Source: a bacterium
GTDB lineage: Bacteria > UBA8248
Direction of reading: 5' to 3'
Assembly: GCA_965261085.1 (NCBI GenBank)
Contig: OZ253442.1
Location: forward strand, 2,336,001 to 2,400,000
Length of the DNA: 64,000 nucleotides
Position 1 is the first letter of the stretch; the number at the start of each line of letters is the position of its first letter. Under the pieces are notes generated by a model. That model had not been told where the DNA came from. It did not search any database and worked only from the letters and a program-made list of their open reading frames with translations. The translations under genes were made by a program, and so were the position numbers. Shown piece by piece: positions 1-10,095 of this stretch.

Positions 1-1276
1 CCTTCCTTTTTGTCTCATCCTCTGTGCAACTCTCGTCGGGTGTCAGGATAGCCCGCGTGTGCGCAGGAAAGCGCCACGCGATGAGATGAACGAAAAGCGC
101 TGGTTTGTTCACGACAACCCCGCTCATCCCCAATCGCAGGTGTTTCTGAAAGAACTCGATGAGTTCGATTTTCAGCGAGTATCTCGAATACATACGGCCA
201 AGGCCTATAAGGAGTATCTGGGCTATCACTTTGACGGCAAGTATGTCCGCCGGGCACGCTATTGGTGGGAGCAACTCAAGTATCAGGAAATGCTCGAATC
301 GCAAGAGCCCGGCGCCCTTGAAGAATTCCTGAAGCGCTTTCCCGAAGGCTGGTTCCAGGAGGTCTCGGGCGTTGACCTTCAAAAAAATGAATATGAAGCC
401 CTGAGGCGAAAAGACGAGGTCGCCTCCTACAGGACCTTTATTGAAAAATACAAAAAGGCGCGAAGCGAGTGGACCGAAGCGGCGACCCAGCGCCTGGAAA
501 GGCTCCTGTTCGATGCGGCGCGCGCCTCGGGTGATGTTTTAGAGTTCGAGAGATACGTCTTCGACAACCCCTCAAGCTCGTATCTCACCGAAGCGAAGGA
601 TGCTTTGCGCGCGGTGAGGTTCGAGGAGGCGATGCGCTCTAAGATGGAAGTGGACTGGAAAGCGTTTATTCGGAGATTCAAAGGCTCGAAAGAGGCCGCT
701 CTCGTGCAACGGCACATGGAAGAGCAAGCTCTGAAGGGGGCCGAGCGTTCGGGCCGCGTCGCGGCGTTTGAGCAATTTCTCAAGCGCTACCCCCATTCGG
801 TTCACAAAGAGCGAATTCTTTCCTCTATCGAAAGAATGGCGCAAGAGCGAAATCGCCAGACCCATCGGTGGTTGCGCGTGAAAAACGCCGAAGTCGAGGT
901 GTTCAGGAAACCCAGATGCAAATCCTGCAAGCCCTACCTGCGCGTCCACGGAACACTGCACAACATGGACCCTGATTTTTCCTTCGATGTGGGACTACGG
1001 GTTGAACTCATCGAAAACGACCGGCGATGCTGCCGCACCAGGCATTGGCTCAAACATCTGAGACCCGGTGAGAAGCGCCCGTTTTCTTTTCCCGTCCGCG
1101 GCAAATCTCCCAAAAGGGGGAGTCCTCCTCCTCGATATGAACTCGAAGTGATATCCGGCTCCGCATATCGCAATCCACAAGCGGAACGAGTCATGGAAAT
1201 TGAAGGTTTGAGTGGAGGCGGCATAGGCCCCCGAAGCGATCGGTTCGCGCCGGTAAGAGTGCCGGACTTACGTTAA
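1..1276 (+). CDS. Lipoprotein with tandem helical repeats and a C-terminal beta-rich (Ig/FxLYD-like) domain; 5' end lies outside the window
   Basis: The frame is open from base 2 and reads LPFCLILCATLVGC-QDSPR, with lipobox LVGC at 32-43 upstream of the track's GTG at 59. Repeats of the type YxxFxxxxPxS...A recur (FLKRFPEG, YVFDNPSS, FLKRYPHS). Confidence 0.65.
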   Translation, partial: LPFCLILCATLVGCQDSPRVRRKAPRDEMNEKRWFVHDNPAHPQSQVFLKELDEFDFQRVSRIHTAKAYKEYLGYHFDGKYVRRARYWWEQLKYQEMLESQEPGALEEFLKRFPEGWFQEVSGVDLQKNEYEALRRKDEVASYRTFIEKYKKARSEWTEAATQRLERLLFDAARASGDVLEFERYVFDNPSSSYLTEAKDALRAVRFEEAMRSKMEVDWKAFIRRFKGSKEAALVQRHMEEQALKGAERSGRVAAFEQFLKRYPHSVHKERILSSIERMAQERNRQTHRWLRVKNAEVEVFRKPRCKSCKPYLRVHGTLHNMDPDFSFDVGLRVELIENDRRCCRTRHWLKHLRPGEKRPFSFPVRGKSPKRGSPPPRYELEVISGSAYRNPQAERVMEIEGLSGGGIGPRSDRFAPVRVPDLR

Positions 1277-1353
1277 AAATACAATAAATATCAACTATTT
1301 AATTATTGTATATTAAAGTGGAATGGAGGATATTTTCCTCTTTCCTGCGAGCG

Positions 1354-2259
1354 TTATCTCTTCTTTTGCCCGAGTCTGCGCCGATTCACTTTTTTGATGT
1401 GTTTGGAAATGTATTGCACGAGGGCGGGGTTGCCGATGAGGAGGGATTGCCGCCACTTGCGCGCGGCGTCGAGGTCTTTGGGCGTATTCTCCTCGGAGAA
1501 GAATGTGTCCAACTCTCGCCATTGGTTCGTATAGCGCCGCCTGGCGAGCGTCATGCCTCCCGCTTCTTTCACGATGATGGCGCCCGCCGCCACGTCCCAG
1601 ATGCTGGGAACGCCGAAGAGCGTATAGTGCAGGCCCCCGCGCGCCACCAGGGCTTGTTCGTAGCACATGGAGCCGGTGGATCGGACCTCGCCCAGGTTCT
1701 TTTTGAGCGGCCCTGTGGGACGAAATTGCGTCCAGTAGGAGCCGGGCAGCGCGGCGATGCGCTTTCCTGTGGGATTGTCCTCTTGCGCCACTTCGATTTG
1801 GTGCCCGTTGCGGAAGGCTCCGCCCCCCTCAAATGCGCGGTAAATGGTGCCTTTGTCCTCGGGCGTGAAGATGGCGCCCGCAATCGAGCGTCCACGCTTC
1901 AAGACCCCCACGGAGCAGCCCCAGACGTGCAAGCCGTTCAGAAAGTTTTTCGTGCCGTCCAGAGGGTCCAGAACCCACAGATACTCGGGCACCTCGCGCG
2001 CACCCTCTTTTTGGGCCTCTTCTTCGTCTTTGGGTTTCTCCTCACCCAATACGCCATGTGCTGGAAAATTTTCGTTTATCGCTTTCGTGAGAAATTCCTG
2101 GCTCGCGCGGTCGGCTTCGCTCACCGGGTCGGTTTCGGCCTTGTTCTTGTAGTCGACCTCGACCTGCTTGCCGAAAAGCCCCATCAGGATTTCTCCCGCC
2201 TCACGGGCGAATTTGGAAGCCGCCTCGCCCAGGTCCTGGGGGGTAGGGTCACTCATCAC
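1354..2259 (-). CDS. Inositol monophosphatase family protein (SuhB-like)
   Basis: Motifs DPVSEAD, GEE, WVLDPLDGTKNF, RSTGS and WDVAAG. Confidence 0.9.
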   Translation of the reverse strand: MMSDPTPQDLGEAASKFAREAGEILMGLFGKQVEVDYKNKAETDPVSEADRASQEFLTKAINENFPAHGVLGEEKPKDEEEAQKEGAREVPEYLWVLDPLDGTKNFLNGLHVWGCSVGVLKRGRSIAGAIFTPEDKGTIYRAFEGGGAFRNGHQIEVAQEDNPTGKRIAALPGSYWTQFRPTGPLKKNLGEVRSTGSMCYEQALVARGGLHYTLFGVPSIWDVAAGAIIVKEAGGMTLARRRYTNQWRELDTFFSEENTPKDLDAARKWRQSLLIGNPALVQYISKHIKKVNRRRLGQKKR

Positions 2260-3302
2260 TCGCGCTCCAGCGGGGGCAGGTCGAGTCTTTCGGCGATTTC
2301 ATCGAGTTCCGCGAGTCGCTCGGGCGATAGCTCGAAACCATCGCGTCGGCGCTTCGTCTCGTTTTGATACTCGATTTCGCCCGGCATGAAAATCGTCTCG
2401 ACGCCTGCTGCCTTAGGCGTTGCCTTGATGATGGAGATGAAGGTGTTGGCGGCGGTACGAAATTCCGACAAGGGAAGCAACGCCTCGACGTTGATGGCCA
2501 CGAAAACGCTCGTGACGCGGCTTTTGCCGCTGAACTCGTTGATGCCCACGATCTCGTGGCTGTGGCCTCCGCCTGCGAGCGAGCCCAATATGGCGTCGAT
2601 CGCGATGGAAAGGCCACTCCCCTTGTAGCCCGCAATCGGGGAGAGGAGGGAGCTTTCGAGAACTTGATGGGGGTCGGTGGTGGGTTTTCCCTCCTTGTCC
2701 AGCCCCCAGCCCTCGGGAATGAGTTCACCGGCGCGCGCCGCCTCGATGATGTAGCCTCGGGCCACGACGGAGAGCGCCATGTCCAGCACCATGGGCGGGT
2801 CGCTCGGCAGGGCGATGGAGACGGGATTGTTGCCGATTCTGGCTTCCTTTCCTCCCGCCGGGGGCAGGACGCGCAGGGTGTTCGTCGTCACGAGCCCCAC
2901 CATGCCCGCTTCGGCGGCCATGGCCGCGTATGTCGCGGCGGCGCCGAAATGGTTGCTCTCCTTGAGCAGAACAACTCCCACGTTGTGGGTGCGGGCGCGG
3001 GCAATGGCTTCTTCCATCGCGCGCTTGGAGACGACTTGTCCCATGCCGTTGTCGCCGTCGGCGAGCGCCAGGGCGCCTGCGTCCTTGACGACCCGAAAAT
3101 CAGGGGTCGGATTCGCCAGATTGATTTCCAGACGCCTGGCGTAGTGCGGCATGCGGATCACGCCGTGGCTGGTGACGCCGCGCAACTCGGCCATAACGAG
3201 CGTTTCCGCCGTCCATGCGGCGTTCTCGTCGGCCATGCCCAGCTTGGTGAAGACCCGGTTCAAAAAAGAGTGGAGTTTTTCGCCCGTCGTATGTCCGCTC
3301 AT
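2256..3302 (-). CDS. Ldh2 (AllD/ComC/DlgD-type) NAD(P)-dependent oxidoreductase
   Basis: AELRGVTSHG, DGDNGMG, SNHFGAA, GNNP, LDMA, GYKGSGL, MPGE. Confidence 0.9.
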   Translation of the reverse strand: MSGHTTGEKLHSFLNRVFTKLGMADENAAWTAETLVMAELRGVTSHGVIRMPHYARRLEINLANPTPDFRVVKDAGALALADGDNGMGQVVSKRAMEEAIARARTHNVGVVLLKESNHFGAAATYAAMAAEAGMVGLVTTNTLRVLPPAGGKEARIGNNPVSIALPSDPPMVLDMALSVVARGYIIEAARAGELIPEGWGLDKEGKPTTDPHQVLESSLLSPIAGYKGSGLSIAIDAILGSLAGGGHSHEIVGINEFSGKSRVTSVFVAINVEALLPLSEFRTAANTFISIIKATPKAAGVETIFMPGEIEYQNETKRRRDGFELSPERLAELDEIAERLDLPPLERE

Positions 3303-3950
3303 TCAGTCCTCTCGCGTGAAGAGATACGCTATTCCGTGCCGGGTGTGTTCGCCTGAGTCCACTTTGCTCAAAAAATCGGCCCGGGAAACCGACCAGCGGT
3401 TCACCTCGCCGAGTTCTCGCACGCGCCATCCGGGCGCGTTCCATAACGCTTCGCCCCCAGAGTAGCCCGGTCCCTGCTGCACTACCGCTAGATACCAGCG
3501 GAGGCTCGGCGTGTCTAATATCGACCGCTCGGCGCCGGAATCAAACGGCAGCCAACAGGAAAATACGAAATCAGGCGCATAGGCGATGAGGGCGTCTTTC
3601 GCGTCCAGGGCTACGACCCCGTCGCGTCCGGCCGGGTCGGTCAGTTTCAGGTCCACCCCGCCCGCTTGCAGCGCTTTTCCGGTAATGGCGTCGCCGGCCC
3701 CCACCTCCAGGGCCGTTTCAGGAGCCAGAGCTGAGATTTCTTCTATCAGCGCATCCAGCCACTCGATGACGGGAAGCTGATACAGATTTTTCCTCTCACA
3801 GTAAACGAGCCAGCCCTCGCCACATTCTTCTTCGGCGAGCCTCGCGATGGCCTCGGCGTAGGGAAGGGGTTTCATCACATAAAACCCCGGGCGAGGGGAA
3901 TCCTTGTCGTTCCCTGCAGGAAACCCCGTTTCTGCAAGGGTTTCAACCAC
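3303..3950 (-). CDS. Hypothetical protein with a class I SAM-dependent methyltransferase-like motif
   Basis: LEVGAGD glycine motif, then LTD and VFSCWLP. Abuts the Ldh2 gene. Confidence 0.5.
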   Translation of the reverse strand: MVETLAETGFPAGNDKDSPRPGFYVMKPLPYAEAIARLAEEECGEGWLVYCERKNLYQLPVIEWLDALIEEISALAPETALEVGAGDAITGKALQAGGVDLKLTDPAGRDGVVALDAKDALIAYAPDFVFSCWLPFDSGAERSILDTPSLRWYLAVVQQGPGYSGGEALWNAPGWRVRELGEVNRWSVSRADFLSKVDSGEHTRHGIAYLFTRED

Positions 3951-4004
3951 AAAGCCTCGCAGACCAAACCTCCGGAAAGCATCTCCCGGGATCGGATGAA
4001 CCTC

Positions 4005-5216
4005 CTAGACGCTGGGCCCAATCCTGTTGATGGCGAAGGCGTTGTCCTCATGCAGAATCTCGGCCTTCGTCATCTTTCCGCTCGCAACGTCGAGCACCTC
4101 GTCGTAGACGCGGCGTCCCGCCACTTCAATGGGCGCGCCCTCGAAGATGTCCGTCACGTCCACGTCCGTGGTGTCGGCCTGAAGCCTCGCCGAAAGCGGG
4201 TTGCCCGTGATGCGAATGGTGCTCATCAGGGGGTGGTTGATGGTGTGTCCGCCTCCCGTCGAGAAGATGAGCACCTGAGAGCCGCCTGCGGCGATTCCCG
4301 TAATGGACTCTCCACCGTGGCCGGGGGTGTCCATCACGTGGAGGCCGCACCTGCGGTTCGCGCGCTTCGCCCACGGGATCACGTCCACGATGGGGGCCGA
4401 ACCCGCCTTCTGGATGGCGCCCAGCGATTTCTCTTCAATCGTGGACAAGCCGCCCTCCATGTTATCGCCCGTGGGCTGGCTGCCTCTCAGATCGACGCCG
4501 CAGGCGAGGATTCGTTCTTCCATTTCCTCCACCATTCTCCAGATGCGCTTGCCCAGAGCCGGCCTCACGCATTTGGCGGCCAGTACGCCCTCGCCGCCCA
4601 TCATCTCCGTGGTTTCGGCCAGGAGCGCGCGTCCGCCCTGCTTGATGACCTGGTCCGTCACCCAGCCGGTGGCCTTGTTGTGGGAGAGGCCCGACGTGGT
4701 GTCGGATGTTCCGCAGTTGAGGCCCAGCAGAAGTTTGCTTATGGGCACCTCCTGGCGGCGTTCGTTCGTGAGTTCTCTGAGCATCTCCATGCCGATGCGC
4801 GTGGCCTTGGCGGTGGCGTTTATCGCGCCGCCGTCCTCGCGAATGTTGATCGCCTCCACGCGTTTTCCCGTTTTGGCGATTTCATGGGCGATCTCATCCG
4901 CCGTGCAGCCTTCCTCGCGGTGGTGATCGATGACGATGACGGCGCCCGCGTTGGCGTTTTGCCCGTGCCCGACGAGGGTTTCGAACGTGCGCTGGATGTC
5001 GGGGCCGATCTGGCAGCGTCCCAGCGGGTGGGTGAGGGCGACGCTATGCCGCAAGGTTCTGGCGACGCGCTCGCAGGTGGAGTTCGCGTAAAGCGTGCCG
5101 CTCAGCAGGAGCAGGTAGTTTCTCGCGCCCACGTCTCCATTTTCCCTGTGATATCCCCACCATGTTTTTCTCAGTCGTTTCGATGAGCTTGCGCCGGTTC
5201 CGTTTCTTCTGGCCAT
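4005..5216 (-). CDS. UxaA/GarD/SuyB-family dehydratase/lyase, large (beta) subunit
   Basis: GYHRENGDVGARN, CGTSDTTSG, ETTE, GGLSTIEEKSLG, MDTPG, FSTG. Confidence 0.88.
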   Translation of the reverse strand: MARRNGTGASSSKRLRKTWWGYHRENGDVGARNYLLLLSGTLYANSTCERVARTLRHSVALTHPLGRCQIGPDIQRTFETLVGHGQNANAGAVIVIDHHREEGCTADEIAHEIAKTGKRVEAINIREDGGAINATAKATRIGMEMLRELTNERRQEVPISKLLLGLNCGTSDTTSGLSHNKATGWVTDQVIKQGGRALLAETTEMMGGEGVLAAKCVRPALGKRIWRMVEEMEERILACGVDLRGSQPTGDNMEGGLSTIEEKSLGAIQKAGSAPIVDVIPWAKRANRRCGLHVMDTPGHGGESITGIAAGGSQVLIFSTGGGHTINHPLMSTIRITGNPLSARLQADTTDVDVTDIFEGAPIEVAGRRVYDEVLDVASGKMTKAEILHEDNAFAINRIGPSV

Positions 5217-5231
5217 GACGGACCTCCTTCT

Positions 5232-5525
5232 CTACGCGAGGTCGCCGCGGCCGCGGGCGCTCTCTATGTTGTGAACGTGAATGTAGTCACCCACCTTGAT
5301 GTCCTTGCTCGCCACACCGATGGACAGGCCGTACTTCATGCAGTGCTCACCCTTTTTCAGGGGCTTGATGCAGATTTTGTGGATGTAGGGAATCGCCTGG
5401 CTGGCTTTGAGTGTTTCGCCCATCTTTCCGTTGATCATGAGGCGAACAGACCCTCCCTTGGCTACTTTTTCGAGACAGGTGGCGACGTTGTCTCCCTTTT
5501 CGATGATCATAGCTGTTACCGGCAT
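5232..5525 (-). CDS. UxaA/SuyA-family SAF-domain small (alpha) subunit
   Basis: DNVAT, IPYIHK, KYGLSIG and IHVHN in 97 aa, directly upstream of the large subunit. Confidence 0.88.
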   Translation of the reverse strand: MPVTAMIIEKGDNVATCLEKVAKGGSVRLMINGKMGETLKASQAIPYIHKICIKPLKKGEHCMKYGLSIGVASKDIKVGDYIHVHNIESARGRGDLA

Positions 5526-5667
5526 ATCTTCTCCTTCAAAAATTCAGGGTGCGAAAGTACCTCGCGCCCAATCATGTGACGGATATGTGAGGAACGTCCA
5601 ATCAACGAGCCATAAAACTAGCGCATGGGGACAAACACTTCAACAAAGGCGGGGATTTTCATCACGC

Positions 5668-6717
5668 TCATCTCCCGGGCAAGGGCGCCACGCCCACCTC
5701 CGCCGCTATCCGGTCCAAATCCTGCGCGAGCGCTTCCTTGAGCGTAATGCCCTCAGACAGTGCCGCCCGATACCTGCGGTGAGCGCCTTCGCCCGGAATG
5801 CGGATTTCATCGAACCCGGGCGCCAGACCCGACGCCTTGATGCGCGTGACGGCCTCATCCACCGCCGCCTTGTAATCGCCGCCCAGGCATCTTTCCGGGT
5901 CTATCACCATCGCGAACATGGGCAGGCCAAAGGGTTTATCCGTCTCCAGCCAGTCGGGCTGGTCGGCGTCGAAACCATTGCCGGTCAGCGCCCCCGTCAA
6001 AAAGGTGAACATGAGCGCCAGCCCGTATCCCTTGTAATCGCCCAGTGGCAGCATGGTCCCCTTGGCGGCGAGGGCGGCGTCCGTGGTCGGGTTGCCCGAA
6101 GGGTCGAGCGCCCAACCTTCGGGGATCGGTTCGCCCGACTTGGCGGCCAGGAGCACGTAGCCTCTCGCCACCTTGGATGTGGCGATGTCGAAGAGGACGG
6201 GATATTCCTGATTGGAGGGGACGGCGAAGGCCACCGGATTGTTCCCGATCATTCTATCGGAGCCGCCCCACGGGGCGAGATTTCCCACCGCGCCGCTGAT
6301 GACCATGCCGATCATGCCGTGTTCGAGCGCCATGGCGGCGAAATAGCCGATGTGGCCCGTATGGGAGGATTTACGGATCGCGGCCGCGCCGATGCCGCCG
6401 GTTTTCGCCTTCTCGATGGCGACCTCCATGGCGCGCCGCGCAACGACGGCGCTCATGCCGTAGTCTCCGTCCAGGAGAGAAAAAGCGGGCAGGTCGTTGA
6501 TGGTACGCACACTCGGTTTTGGATTCGCCGTTCCGTTGCGGAGGCGCTCCACGAAAACCCCGAAACGAACGCACCCGTGTGAGTTCACGCCCCTGAGTTC
6601 GGCATCGACAATCTGGGCCGCGCACGCATTGGCGTCCGACTCCGGCAGGCCGACGGCCTGATAGACGCGCGCGAGATACGCATGAAGATCTTTCGCGTGA
6701 ACCTTGATATCCGCCAT
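5668..6717 (-). CDS. Ldh2 (ComC/AllD-type) oxidoreductase
   Basis: AELRGVNSHG, SSHTG, GNNP, FDIATS, GDYKGYGL, RIPGE. Confidence 0.9.
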   Translation of the reverse strand: MADIKVHAKDLHAYLARVYQAVGLPESDANACAAQIVDAELRGVNSHGCVRFGVFVERLRNGTANPKPSVRTINDLPAFSLLDGDYGMSAVVARRAMEVAIEKAKTGGIGAAAIRKSSHTGHIGYFAAMALEHGMIGMVISGAVGNLAPWGGSDRMIGNNPVAFAVPSNQEYPVLFDIATSKVARGYVLLAAKSGEPIPEGWALDPSGNPTTDAALAAKGTMLPLGDYKGYGLALMFTFLTGALTGNGFDADQPDWLETDKPFGLPMFAMVIDPERCLGGDYKAAVDEAVTRIKASGLAPGFDEIRIPGEGAHRRYRAALSEGITLKEALAQDLDRIAAEVGVAPLPGR

Positions 6718-6845
6718 CTTTTCTCCTCGTGCGAGCGGGATAGCCGCGCGCAGATAAATCCCCGGCCTCGTCTTGGCGGATGGGAAAAAGAGTGCTAAGA
6801 GCTATTGCTTATGAGTTTGCCTTTACACGTGGAGGGTTCGCAAGC

Positions 6846-7934
6846 ATGAAAGCGTGGCGTTTCTACGCCTTTGGCGATATGAGGCTGGATGAGGTGCCCG
6901 ACCCCGAAGTGAAGCCGGGCTGGGCCCTGTGCAAGGTGCGTCGGGTGCAGCCGAGTATTACCGACGTGCAGCGATCCTTAGGCATCGGGACCATCAACTC
7001 GGCGCTTCTGAAAGAAATGCTCGACAAATACGCGCCCGTGCAGTTACTGGGTCATGAGATGAGCGCCGAAGTCGTCGAGGTGGGCGATGGCGTCACGCAC
7101 TTAAAACCGGGCGACAGGGTGTGCACCTCCGGCCACGTTCCGTGCCTCAAGTGTGACTTCTGCCGCGAGGGCCGGGAGATGTACTGCGTCGACAAGCTGC
7201 ACGTGGGCATCAACACGCCGGGCGCGTTCGCCGAGTATATCTGTCTTCCGGCGCACGGGCTCGTGAAGCCGCCCCAGACGCTGGACGATTCATCCATCTC
7301 CTGCCTGCAGCCTCTCTCCTCCACGGTCGCCGCCATGCGCGATGCGAAAATTCTGCCGGGCGAGACGGTGGCCATCACCGGCCAGGGGGTCATGGGTCTG
7401 TATGCCCTCCAGGCGGCGCGCACCTGTGGGGCGGGCGCCGTCTACGTCAGCGACGTGAAGGAAGAATCACTCGCCTTGAGCCGTAAATTCGGGGCGGATG
7501 AAGTCATCGACGCGCGAGTGGATGATCCCGTAGAGAGAGTGATGGATATCACGTCGGGCAAGGGCGTCGACCTCGTTTTCGAGTGCGCGGGCGGAAATGC
7601 GGATCAGGGACTCTCGGGCCACGCCACGCTCCATCAGGCGACGCGCATGGTCCGCATTGGTGGGCGCGTCATGCAAATCGCCGGCCTCATCGGCGAGGTG
7701 AGATTCGACCCGGTCTTCATGCGCGCGCAGGGGATTCAGTGGATTTTTCCGGAAGGCCATGGCGCGGACACCGTGGCCCTGGGCGGAAAATGGGTGGCCG
7801 GCGGAAGGATTGACGTGCGCTCTCTCATCACGCATGAGGAACACGGAATCGAAAATCTGCCTCGGGTGATGGAGATTACCGACAAGAAGGCCGAATACCG
7901 GGCCACGAACCCTTGCCAGCTCGTATTGGCGTAG
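6846..7934 (+). CDS. Zinc-binding medium-chain dehydrogenase (atypical first Zn ligand: QPSITD instead of GxCxxD)
   Basis: GHE, structural Zn CLKCDFC...C, GQGVMG. ATG 6846 follows GGAGG. Confidence 0.85.
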   Translation: MKAWRFYAFGDMRLDEVPDPEVKPGWALCKVRRVQPSITDVQRSLGIGTINSALLKEMLDKYAPVQLLGHEMSAEVVEVGDGVTHLKPGDRVCTSGHVPCLKCDFCREGREMYCVDKLHVGINTPGAFAEYICLPAHGLVKPPQTLDDSSISCLQPLSSTVAAMRDAKILPGETVAITGQGVMGLYALQAARTCGAGAVYVSDVKEESLALSRKFGADEVIDARVDDPVERVMDITSGKGVDLVFECAGGNADQGLSGHATLHQATRMVRIGGRVMQIAGLIGEVRFDPVFMRAQGIQWIFPEGHGADTVALGGKWVAGGRIDVRSLITHEEHGIENLPRVMEITDKKAEYRATNPCQLVLA

Positions 7935-7979
7935 GGAGTTTTATTTCATCGTTTTATACATGATTTCTTAAGGAGAAAA

Positions 7980-8771
7980 GTGATGGACCTAGGTTTGAAG
8001 GGAAAAATCGCCATCGTGACGGGCGCGAGCCGCGGCATCGGCCGCGAATGCGCGATCGCTCTGGCGAAAGAGGGCGCCCGAGTGTGCGTCACGGCGCGCG
8101 ATGAGGCGCTTTTGGCTACGGCGGTGGAAGATGTGAACGCCGCAGGGGGCGAGGGCATGTTCGTCTCCTCCGATCTGACCTCGCTGGATGGCTGCAAGAA
8201 GGTGGTCGAGGCGTGCGTGGCGAATTTCGGCGGCGTGGACGTTCTCATCAACAGTGCGGGCGCGGCGAGGGGCGGAGATATCCTGGCGCTCGATGCGGAG
8301 TTCATCACCGAGGCGCTTACGCTCAAGACCTACGGGTATCTGCGCATGTCCCAGTTGGTGATTCCCCACATGAAAAAGAACGGCTGGGGCCGCATCGTGA
8401 ACATCGCGGGCGGAGCGGGCGCGAGCCCTGCGCGGGGGAACATCCCCACGAGTGCGGCGAACATCACGGTGCTCAACAACACGAGGGCGCTTTCTGACGC
8501 CGTGGCGGGCGATGGGATTCAGGTGAACACCGTCTGCCCGGGCATGACGAATACGCAGCGCGCGCGGGATATCATGCAGGGTCCGGCGGAAAAGGCGGGC
8601 AAGGACGTCGAGGAGTTTCTGAAAGAAGTCGGCGCCAGGACGCCGGCCGGCAGGATCGCCGAGCCTGAAGAAGTGGCGAACGTCGCCACGTTTTTCGCCT
8701 CCGCCGCGTGCTCTTACGTGAACGGAAGCTCCATCTACATGGACGGCGGCAGCCGCAGGGCGACGCCTTAA
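7980..8771 (+). CDS. Short-chain dehydrogenase/reductase (canonical YxxxK absent: TSAAN)
   Basis: TGASRGIG, INSAG, VNTVCPG, DGG. Confidence 0.88.
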   Translation: MMDLGLKGKIAIVTGASRGIGRECAIALAKEGARVCVTARDEALLATAVEDVNAAGGEGMFVSSDLTSLDGCKKVVEACVANFGGVDVLINSAGAARGGDILALDAEFITEALTLKTYGYLRMSQLVIPHMKKNGWGRIVNIAGGAGASPARGNIPTSAANITVLNNTRALSDAVAGDGIQVNTVCPGMTNTQRARDIMQGPAEKAGKDVEEFLKEVGARTPAGRIAEPEEVANVATFFASAACSYVNGSSIYMDGGSRRATP

Positions 8772-8792
8772 GCGACGCCGCGCGCCTTTTTC

Positions 8793-8833
8793 TCCTCCGG
8801 GCGGGATTTTCGAGCGCCGCCCGGAGGATTTTT
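8793..8833 (+). terminator. Intrinsic terminator
   Basis: 12-bp stem TCCTCCGGGCGG/CCGCCCGGAGGA followed by a T-run. Confidence 0.65.
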
Positions 8834-8847
8834 ATTAGTCATGAGGA

Positions 8848-9933
8848 ATGAGACAGAAGATGGCGAAACTTTTCGATGCGTTTTCTTTGAGGGGCGTCAC
8901 GCTCAGAAACCGGATTTCCGTATCACCCATGTGCCAGTACAGCGCCGAGGACGGCAAGCTCACGGATTGGCATCTCGTGCATTTGGGCGCTCGCGCGGTC
9001 GGCGGCGCCGGGTTGGTGATGGTCGAAATGACGAACGTGGAGGCGCGCGGACGCATTACGCACGGGTGTTCGGGCATCTGGTCGGATGCGCACGTCGAGC
9101 CGCTGGCGCGGGTCGCCCGGCTCGTTTCCGATCAAGGGGCCGTCGCCGCGATTCAGATAGGGCACGCGGGCCGCAAGGGGAGTTGCGCGCCCACCTGGGA
9201 GGGCGGTGGCCCCATCTCGGATGAGGAAGGTGGATGGGATATCGTGGCTCCAAGCGCGATCCCGTTTCACGACAAGGCGCACGTACCCAAGGCGCTCAGC
9301 GTTCCGGAAATCGCTGAAATCCAGGAAGCGTTTCGCCAGGGCGCGAGACGTGCTGATGAGGCGGGTTTCGAGTGGCTCGAAATTCACGGCGCGCATGGAT
9401 ATCTGTTCCACAGCTTTCATTCTCCGGTTTCGAACCACAGAGAGGATAACTACGGGGGCAGCTTCGAGAACCGCATACGCTTCACCGTGGAGACGACTCG
9501 AATCGTAAGAGAACAATGGCCGGAGGAGAAGCCGCTCGCCATCCGCCTCTCCTGCACGGACTATTACGAGGGCGGCTGGACGCTCGATGAAACCATTGAA
9601 CTCGCGAAAATCCTCAAAACCGAAGGAATCGACCTGATTGATTGCAGCGGGGGCGGGGGAACGCCGCTGGCCAAGATTCCCGTGGGACCGGGTTATCAGG
9701 TGCCGCTATCACAAGCCGTGCGCACAGGCGCCGATATTCCCACCGGCACGGTTGGGATGATTACCCAGGCGTGGCAGGCGGATGAAATTGTCCGAAACGG
9801 CCAGGCCGACATTGTCTTCATGGCGCGTGAGATGTTGCGCGAGCCCTATTGGGCGCAAAAAGCGGCCGCAGCACTCGGCGTGATGGATGAGGCCTATGTC
9901 GCAGACCCATACCACCGCGCCCACGGGAGATGA
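8848..9933 (+). CDS. NADH:flavin oxidoreductase, old yellow enzyme of the NamA/YqjM class
   Basis: SPMCQYS, HAGRK, EIHGAHGYL, NYGGSFENR, PGYQV. Confidence 0.92.
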   Translation: MRQKMAKLFDAFSLRGVTLRNRISVSPMCQYSAEDGKLTDWHLVHLGARAVGGAGLVMVEMTNVEARGRITHGCSGIWSDAHVEPLARVARLVSDQGAVAAIQIGHAGRKGSCAPTWEGGGPISDEEGGWDIVAPSAIPFHDKAHVPKALSVPEIAEIQEAFRQGARRADEAGFEWLEIHGAHGYLFHSFHSPVSNHREDNYGGSFENRIRFTVETTRIVREQWPEEKPLAIRLSCTDYYEGGWTLDETIELAKILKTEGIDLIDCSGGGGTPLAKIPVGPGYQVPLSQAVRTGADIPTGTVGMITQAWQADEIVRNGQADIVFMAREMLREPYWAQKAAAALGVMDEAYVADPYHRAHGR

Positions 9934-10009
9934 CGCCTGGGCCGCTGAGCATCGGTATTTTCTCCTCTTTCTAGAGTGCCATAAGCGTGGTCTGCTCCCG
10001 TGCAAAACG

Positions 10010-10038
10010 TTGACAAGTTTCAAGGGCCGTGTTGTAAT
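10010..10038 (+). promoter_or_regulatory. Sigma70-type promoter for the LIV-type ABC operon
   Basis: TTGACA-17 bp-TGTAAT, about 60 bp upstream of the SBP start. Confidence 0.55.
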
Positions 10039-10095
10039 TTTCGGACTGCCAAACAACCGAATAACAGGGTTCACATTCACACGGGAGAATAGTCG

